From Reclinomonas americana ATCC 50394 (taxonomy: Eukaryota): 33,439 nt of DNA. Below are positions 26,801 through 33,439 of this stretch, piece after piece. The position numbers and the translations under genes were made by a program. The stretch spans positions 1 to 33,439 of the forward strand of contig PS015258.1 of NCBI GenBank assembly GCA_048213135.1, in the 5' to 3' direction. The notes under the pieces were generated by a model. That model was not told where the DNA came from. It searched no databases and saw nothing but the letters and a program-made list of their open reading frames with translations. Position 1 is the stretch's first letter; each line of letters starts with the position of its first letter.

Positions 26801-28702
26801 TCTGGGCTACAGGCGGCACGGAGGGAGTCACATCCGACACGAGACGCGCCTGCAGCACATAGCTAGTGTCCGCCGGCAGTCCAACCACGCGGCACGTGGC
26901 AGAAGTGGAGAGTGCCGACCAGGCACACACACTCGGATCGAGCGTCACGCTCTTGTTGGACGATGCATCAACGACGACAAACTGCGGCGCTCCGCCATCG
27001 CTCTTGGAGCTGACGCGCGATGCCTTGAGCACGAGTGTGAACGACGACGCAGTAATGCTGGAGCTGTCGACCGTGATCGAGTCGACCGAGGCGCTGAGGA
27101 CACGAGGCCCGAGGTACACGGAGCCGACATCGGACCACAGGCCCAAGTTCGAGCTGGTGCGTACACGCGCCTGCAGCGAAATGTACGAGTCGATGTAGCC
27201 GACTGGCGTGCGGTACTGGCACGTCTGCGACGCGCCTCGGCTGCTGCTCAACGTGCAGTCGCCAATGGTGGCGAGCGTTGTGCCACTGTTGCTGTCCGCC
27301 ACTTCGACAGAACGCGAGCTGGCCTCGCCGGCCAACACCGCAGTCAGCGAGAGCGTGATCACGGTGCGATTGGCCGCCACCGTTGAGGCGGTCACCGAGT
27401 CCGAGAGGAGCGTGCGCACTGCGTGGTGACACAAGAGGACATTAAGGGAAGGGAATAAGGGAAGGGAAGGGAAGAGAGGGAGGAGAGAAAATGAAGAAAG
27501 CAAGGGCAGGGGAAAGACACAGAAGCGAGGGGAGGGGAGGGAGAAAGAGAAGAGAAAGAAAATGAAAGAGAGAAAGCAAAGGACAGGGTCAAGTACGAAG
27601 CACACACACACACACAGAGAGTGAGAGAGAGAGAGAGGCAATGAGAAAACGACGAATAAACGGAAATAGGAGGGGAGGGAGGGAGAGAGAGAAGAGAAAG
27701 AAAAATGAAAGAGAGAAAACAACGACAGGGACAAGTACGAAGCACACACACGCACAGAGAGAGCGAGAGAGAGAGAGAGGCAATGAGAAAACGACGAATA
27801 AACGGAAATAGAATGAGGACGTTAAGGACGAAGAGCAACGACACACACGCACTCTCACACACACAAGAGAGAGAGAGAGAGAGAAAAGAAAGCAAGAAAA
27901 TATAGAACCAGAAACACAGCCCGACTTGACAAACAAGAAGAGAAGCTGGATATGTACACACGTACCAGCCAGAGCCGACGAGAGCGGACTGGCGCTGCTC
28001 GCCACGGTCAGGTTGCCGTCGTTGGCCACCAGCGCACGCAGCGAGTAACTCGTATCGGCCGACAGACCCGTCACCGTGCACGAGCGAGGTTCCACGATGG
28101 ACGACCACAGGCACGGGGACGGGTCGAGCGACAACGGTGTCGAGGGGGCGACATCGGCCACCACCACATACTGCGGCAGCGGCAGCTCGGCCGTGGTGCT
28201 GCCTCGCGACGCCGCCAGAGTCAACGATGCCGAAGTGACACCGACACTCGTGAGCACCGGAGCCGCCACCGTCACGTTGAGAACGTCCATGGGGGTGGTG
28301 ATGGTGACGAGCGACGTCAGCGCACTCACACTGTCGCCGTTGCGCGCGCGCAGTTGGAACGACACTGTTGTGCGCGGCTGCAAGTTGGACAACGTGCAGT
28401 TGGTGCCGGCGGTGCTCCACGCACACGCCAGGCCAGTGGAGGCGTCGAGCAGCGTGGTGGTCGCCGAGCCACTGCCAGAGAAGACAGCTTCCAACGTGCC
28501 GCCGGCGGTTGCGCTGCTCGTAGTCACCAGCAGGGTGCAGTCGCGGGCGCGCACGGACACCACCGAGGCGGTGACCGAGAAGGTGGCCAGCGTGCGGGCT
28601 GTACGGAGAGGCAAAGTGAGACGAAAGGGAAAGAAGGGAGAGAATACGTGTAAAGACAAAAAATGTACTGGGAATGACTTTCCGCTTGCACAGAAAAAAA
28701 AA

Positions 28703-28751
<49 letters not shown>

Positions 28752-31700
28752 ACTACTACTAGTAGTAGAAGAACGAAACGAAACGAAACTACACGACGAC
28801 GTACGACGAGGAGGAGGAGAGAGAAGNNNNNNNNNNNNNNNNNNNNNNNNNNNNNNNNNNNNNNNNNNNNNNNNNNNNNNNNNNNNNNNNNNNNNNNNNN
28901 NNNNNNNNNNNNNNNNNNNNNNNNNNNNNNNNNNNNNNNNNNNNNNNNNNNNNNNNNNNNNNNNNNNNNNNNNNNNNNNNNNNNNNNNNNNNNNNNNNNN
29001 NNNNNNNNNNNNNNNNNNNNNNNNNNNNNNNNNNNNNNNNNNNNNNNNNNNNNNNNNNNNNNNNNNNNNNNNNNNNNNNNNNNNNNNNNNNNNNNNNNNN
29101 NNNNNNNNNNNNNNNNNNNNNNNNNNNNNNNNNNNNNNNNNNNNNNNNNNNNNNNNNNNNNNNNNNNNNNNNNNNNNNNNNNNNNNNNNNNNNNNNNNNN
29201 NNNNNNNNNNNNNNNNNNNNNNNNNNNNNNNNNNNNNNNNNNNNNNNNNNNNNNNNNNNNNNNNNNNNNNNNNNNNNNNNNNNNNNNNNNNNNNNNNNNN
29301 NNNNNNNNNNNNNNNNNNNNNNNNNNNNNNNNNNNNNNNNAGAGAGAGAGAGAGAGAGAGAGAGAGCATTCACTGATGAAGACAGAAACAATCACGCAGT
29401 CACGAGAGGAGAGTGAGAAATGAGACTGATTTTGTATTCTGCGTGAATCCCGTCTGTTTCTCATGTGTCTTCAGCTGTGCCTTCTACTTCACTTTCTCCT
29501 GCTCACCACCCTTCTTTTTCCTCTTCTATTCTCCTTTATTCGCGGTTCTTACAGGCACTTCTCAGGCTATGTCGTTCCTTATTCCTGTCTCCCTTGCTCT
29601 GCAAGCACGAGCATGCAAACACTATCTGCGGCGAGAAGAGCAGACAAGCGCTTGCTCTATCAAAACTCATTTCTCTCTCTCAGGGTGAGTGCGTGTGTGT
29701 GTATGAGACCACACATTGACCAGAACGTCCGAAGTCCACACCTCTCTCTCTCTTTTTCTCTTTCTCTATCTCTCTCCCTCTCTCTCTCCTCCTCCCTCTC
29801 TCTCTCCTCCCTCTCTCGCTCCCACATCCCCCCCCCCCCCCGGCCCACGCAACTCGCAATGGCCGCCGACAGCGGTCCTGAAATCAGCGGTCCGCCCAAA
29901 TCCTGATCCGACACCATGCGCGCCGACACACTCACGGCGGTGTCGGGCGTGAGGTTGACCACTGTGCAGAGGACCGGCGACGCGGTGACCCAGCGGCACG
30001 GCGACGGAGACAGCGTGTAGGTAAAGGTGGGTGTGCGCGTCGTGTCGACCACAATAAACTGCGGCGCCGTGCCGTCGCTACTGGTGCTGCTGCGGGCCGG
30101 ATTCGGCGTCAGCTGCACCACAATCGAGTCGGTGCGCGTCTCCGTCACCGTCATCACCGGCGTCACGGCAATGCTGGAGGCGGCAAAGTACACCGAGCCG
30201 ATCTTGCTGTATGAGCCGCCAGAGGTCCACTGACCGCACAAAAAGGTGGAGCCCGACGGGCGCGACGAGGTGGTGAACTGGAGGGTGACGGAGAAGACGG
30301 TCTTGGCGGTGATCACCGTGCGCGACACGTTGGTGTTGGCAAAGGGCGTTGGCGACGTGGGTGTGCACTGGTCTTCGCGTGAGGTGAGCACAATAGTGCC
30401 GAGGGTCGACGTCGGCAAGTTGCAGCCGTACACCGAAATGGTGATGGGGTTGCCGGCGGAGATAATGGTCGACGGCGTAATGTAGGTGACAGCAAAGGTG
30501 TTGGTGACCAGACGCACGTGGCGCGCCAGTGGGTCGCTGACCAGCACCGCGTTGTCGGAGAGGCGCAAGGCCAGGGCCGGCAGCGAGTTACCGATGACGG
30601 CCGTGGTGGCCGCGCCGTCGGCCTCGGTGACGTCGACGCGAGTGGAAGAAAAGGCCAGCGTGTTGACGAGGGAGGAGGAGGAGGTGAACACGCGCAGCAC
30701 CTTGTTGCCCGAGTCGCCGATAAACAGTTGGGAGAGGGCGGTGCTGAGCAGTACGCTGTCGGGCGAGGCAAAGGTGGCGGTCGTCGCCGGCACGCCATCC
30801 ACGTAGCCCGTTTGGCCGACGCGACCGGCCAGCACCGACACGGTCTTGTCGGGCAGGCTGATGCGACGGACGACGCGGTTGCCCGAGTCCGCCACGTACA
30901 CGTAGGTGAGGGTATCGGAAGAGAGGTTGCTGGGCTGCAAGGAGAGGGAGAAGATGGGAGGGGGAAGGGGGGGGGGGGGAGGAAATGAGGGAAAAGGAAT
31001 CAGACAAAAGGGACGAGTGAATGAATGAGATGAACTGAAAACGTGAAAGAGAGAGTGACTACACAGTGGGCAGACGGAGAACTCATATAGGAGGAGGAAG
31101 AGGACACATTCTTTTGGAATCACTGCCACGCACCTGGTTGAACAACGCCACGGGCGCATCAGTGGACCCGGACTGACCAATCACACCACTCCACACTGTC
31201 GGCGCCGCTGCCGATGCCGTCACGTCGCTCACATCGAGTCCCCACAGTGCGTGTCCAGTGCGGTCGGCCACCACCAGAATGTCGCGAGTCGGGTCGCTCT
31301 TGACCACCACCAGCGAGCACGGTGAGCTGCCGGCACCGCTCCACACTGTACCATTGTCAATAGCCACGGGAGCGACAGTGGCGGAGGAGACGGAGAGGCG
31401 GAACACGCGACGCGCCGAGGGGTCGGCGACAAAGAGCACGGGAAAGCCGCCGGCACTGGCCAGCGACGACGAGTGGTAGTAGAGGCCGCTCGGCGCGACA
31501 AAATCGCTCGACGTGGCCAGGTTGTCGAGCGAGCCGGCGGGGGAGATGCGTTGAATGCGCTTGAGGGACTGTGTGTGGAGAATGAGAGAGGGGAGGGAGG
31601 GGAGGGAGGGGCGGGGAGGGAGAAAGGCGCACCGGGAGAGCCACATAAATGTTGCCGGTGGGATCGGTGGCCACTCCGCTGGGCGTGCCAATGTCAGTGC

Positions 31701-31833
31701 GCATGGCAGCGGGGTAGGAGCCGGGAATGGTGAGCTGCGGAGAAGAGGGGTGAGTGGGGAGGGTGCAGGAGGTGCGCGGAAGGAGGTGACGCAACTCCGC
31801 CCTTGCCGGCAATCGTGCAGACGGTGGCAGAGC
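9677..31833 (-). CDS. Giant polycystin-1 (PKD1)-like / REJ-GPS membrane receptor, roughly 5,400 aa, more than 50 exons; 5' end interrupted by an N gap
   Basis: A continuous frame can be spliced by hand from the exon at 31833-31796 to TAA at 9679-9677. It contains NHL repeats, FN3-like repeats, a REJ-like region, a GPS (CKFW..GEWSADGC..CACNHFTDF), TM1, the PKD1-type HSWFRAFF..NFRKTQKVTVLY..LNAVF motif, TM3 (IGFYTGIIIFPIVFTIAFLFAR) and the TM4/TM5 end (LPYVMTYVLYAISW...INEPLKIL). A few small exons at 12900-14750 are less certain. Confidence 0.82.
15969..16094 (-). other. GPS motif (C-terminus of GAIN domain)
   Basis: CKFWAPTDGEWSADGCDT...VGCACNHFTDF lies just before TM1 and is preceded by the GAIN-like YNPY...SSIQSFSIYDPDGNLVPVEN. 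Confidence 0.92.
17722..19110 (-). other. REJ (receptor for egg jelly)/PKD-like region
   Basis: DPE..TFVWTC..C..LTLAAGSL..GSYTISCTATKG.R, FAWSV, IRVLPNALGG.TFYVFSLSV and NGAPTVGRISVTPATGEALTTPFTLEATDFKDTDLPLAYTFFY..LPAG..VGVSVRDAY match the typical REJ pattern. Confidence 0.8.
27545..27811. repeat. Intronic direct duplication, period ~140 bp, two copies
   Basis: aaaatgaaagagagaaa..caagtacgaagcacacacac..gaggcaatgagaaaacgacgaataaacggaaatag is present twice. Confidence 0.85.
28827..29340. other. Assembly gap (N run) flanked by (GA)n
   Basis: Run of N. Confidence 1.
30505..31833 (-). other. NHL-repeat beta-propeller region of the giant receptor
   Basis: Repeated NHL-type blades: PSGVATDPTGNIYVA, PSGLYY..LFVADP..RRVFRL, ILVVADRTGHALW, VYVADSGNRVVRRI..VSVLAG..GYVDG..ATFASP, LFIGDSGNKVLRVF, VLVSDPLARHVRLV. 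Confidence 0.85.
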
Positions 31834-31904
31834 CTGTGAGGGAGACGAGAAAATGGTGAGGGATGAAGTGGAAGGGTGTGTTTCTTCCTGTCTCTCTCTC
31901 TCTC

Positions 31905-32638
31905 NNNNNNNNNNNNNNNNNNNNNNNNNNNNNNNNNNNNNNNNNNNNNNNNNNNNNNNNNNNNNNNNNNNNNNNNNNNNNNNNNNNNNNNNNNNNNNNN
32001 NNNNNNNNNNNNNNNNNNNNNNNNNNNNNNNNNNNNNNNNNNNNNNNNNNNNNNNNNNNNNNNNNNNNNNNNNNNNNNNNNNNNNNNNNNNNNNNNNNNN
32101 NNNNNNNNNNNNNNNNNNNNNNNNNNNNNNNNNNNNNNNNNNNNNNNNNNNNNNNNNNNNNNNNNNNNNNNNNNNNNNNNNNNNNNNNNNNNNNNNNNNN
32201 NNNNNNNNNNNNNNNNNNNNNNNNNNNNNNNNNNNNNNNNNNNNNNNNNNNNNNNNNNNNNNNNNNNNNNNNNNNNNNNNNNNNNNNNNNNNNNNNNNNN
32301 NNNNNNNNNNNNNNNNNNNNNNNNNNNNNNNNNNNNNNNNNNNNNNNNNNNNNNNNNNNNNNNNNNNNNNNNNNNNNNNNNNNNNNNNNNNNNNNNNNNN
32401 NNNNNNNNNNNNNNNNNNNNNNNNNNNNNNNNNNNNNNNNNNNNNNNNNNNNNNNNNNNNNNNNNNNNNNNNNNNNNNNNNNNNNNNNNNNNNNNNNNNN
32501 NNNNNNNNNNNNNNNNNNNNNNNNNNNNNNNNNNNNNNNNNNNNNNNNNNNNNNNNNNNNNNNNNNNNNNNNNNNNNNNNNNNNNNNNNNNNNNNNNNNN
32601 NNNNNNNNNNNNNNNNNNNNNNNNNNNNNNNNNNNNNN
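31905..32638. other. Assembly gap (N run) flanked by (TC)n and (GT)n
   Basis: Run of N. Confidence 1.
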
Positions 32639-32673
32639 AAGTAGAGTGTGTGTGTGTAGAGAGAGAGAGAGTG

Positions 32674-32734
<61 letters not shown>

Positions 32735-32862
32735 CGCTCACACACTACCACATACTCTTGAGAGTACGTTTGTGTGCAACAGAGAGAGAGAGAGAGAACG
32801 ACTTGAAGTTCGCCCTCTCTGTCTCGCACAGTCAAAGTGCCCTTTTTCTCTTCCTCACTCAC

Positions 32863-32958
32863 CACCATGATAACCACAGCTAATGAGCACAACAACAGCA
32901 CATTATTGCGTCGTCTTCTTGCTCTGCTGCACCACCACACACAAGATGAATCTCGCAT
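32863..32958 (-). CDS. Putative first exon (signal peptide) of the giant PKD1-like gene
   Basis: ATG at 32958 gives MRDSSCVWWCSRARRRRNNVLLLCSLAVVIMV (basic stretch then hydrophobic core), followed by a GTGAGT donor. The link to downstream exons is hidden by the N gap and needs an intermediate exon to match phase. Confidence 0.45.
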
Positions 32959-33439
32959 GTTTGCGTGCTTCTTCTTCTTCGTGTGCAGCACAAGCAAGGC
33001 AAGGGAGAGAGAGAAAGAGAGACACAGAGACACACGCGCGCGTGAGAGTGCGGGGAAATAGCGCGTGTGTGGCCCCCTCTCTGCGTGTCAAGTTGAATGT
33101 GCGTTGACTTTGAAATTTGCCAAGTTGGTCGCCTGCGAACGATTGGTTCATCGCCACAATCGCGCACCTGATCAGTGTCCGTCTCTCTCTCTCACACTGT
33201 GAGTGTGTCTTTGTCTCTCCGCGTTTGCCTCTGTGTGGCGGAGTGTGGCGACCGGACATGATTACCTGATTGCCGTTTTTGTTCCGCGTTGTCGCTGAAA
33301 TGCGTGTCATGATGATTGTGCTCTTGCAATGTGTGTGTGCTCAGAGAGGTGTTGGTGAGCGAGTGGGTGAGTAGTGAGTGGAGCTGTTGATTGTATCGGA
33401 CACGTTGCCGAATGTGGAAAACACCGGCAATCACAAAAC

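Larger units (their letters stand above)
19186..30170 (-). repeat. Coding tandem array: 12 full ~215-aa two-module FN3-like units plus two flanking half units
   Basis: Recurrent consensus TLLADTV..ANR..R.FEV..LPF..C.W..CTV.LP.GF..LRARVRT.NN.G.FS..PRPLDV..ASR.S..DG.APQFVV.DA..LDP.VC.WS..TCRV.GLP..LR.R.VSD..S..S..G. Exons 28598-27966, 27418-26774, 26707-26048, 25965-25312, 25226-24588, 24523-23873, 23783-23136, 23064-22408, 22301-21018 (two units), 20927-20280, 20210-19578, 19515-19186 (half unit). Confidence 0.92.

Noticed and set aside
19636-30988. Many + strand ORFs with recurring NCGAVPS motifs
   Set aside because: They are antisense shadows of the GC-rich minus-strand repeat exons (DGTAPQF read on the other strand).
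661-31833. Alternative genetic code or non-GT-AG introns (including G|TT donors at the GTTGCGT sites)
   Set aside because: All four models close with the standard code and GT-AG introns. Cutting one base later at the shifted sites would break the frame.
6833-31833. Functional cluster in which the fucosyltransferase glycosylates the neighbouring Ser/Thr-rich receptor
   Set aside because: Only adjacency supports it, and neighbours in compact eukaryotic genomes are usually unrelated.
27392-33033. ORFs of 250-690 aa spanning X runs
   Set aside because: Artefacts of translating through N gaps and microsatellites.

Overview
Intron-rich, gene-dense eukaryotic DNA, probably from a protist draft assembly, with two N gaps and CT/CA microsatellites inside introns. 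Hand-splicing with GT-AG introns and the standard code gives four genes. (1) 661-4084 (+): an unknown ~559-aa membrane protein built from two tandem copies of a Cys-containing 4-TM unit. (2) 4270-6466 (-): a sterol O-acyltransferase (MBOAT, SOAT/ACAT type). (3) 6833-9625 (+): a type II membrane fucosyltransferase-like enzyme. (4) 9677 to at least 31833 (-, probable first exon near 32958): one giant polycystin-1-like receptor of roughly 5,400 aa. Its order is NHL beta-propeller, about 26 Cys-containing FN3-like modules (mostly one two-module unit per symmetric exon), REJ, GAIN/GPS and five TM segments, with no PLAT or channel domain. The most unusual signal is in the splicing: about 16 of roughly 80 introns use a one-base-shifted donor, GTTGCGT-type, with a non-G at exon position -1. 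All gene models are manual and unconfirmed by transcripts or database searches.
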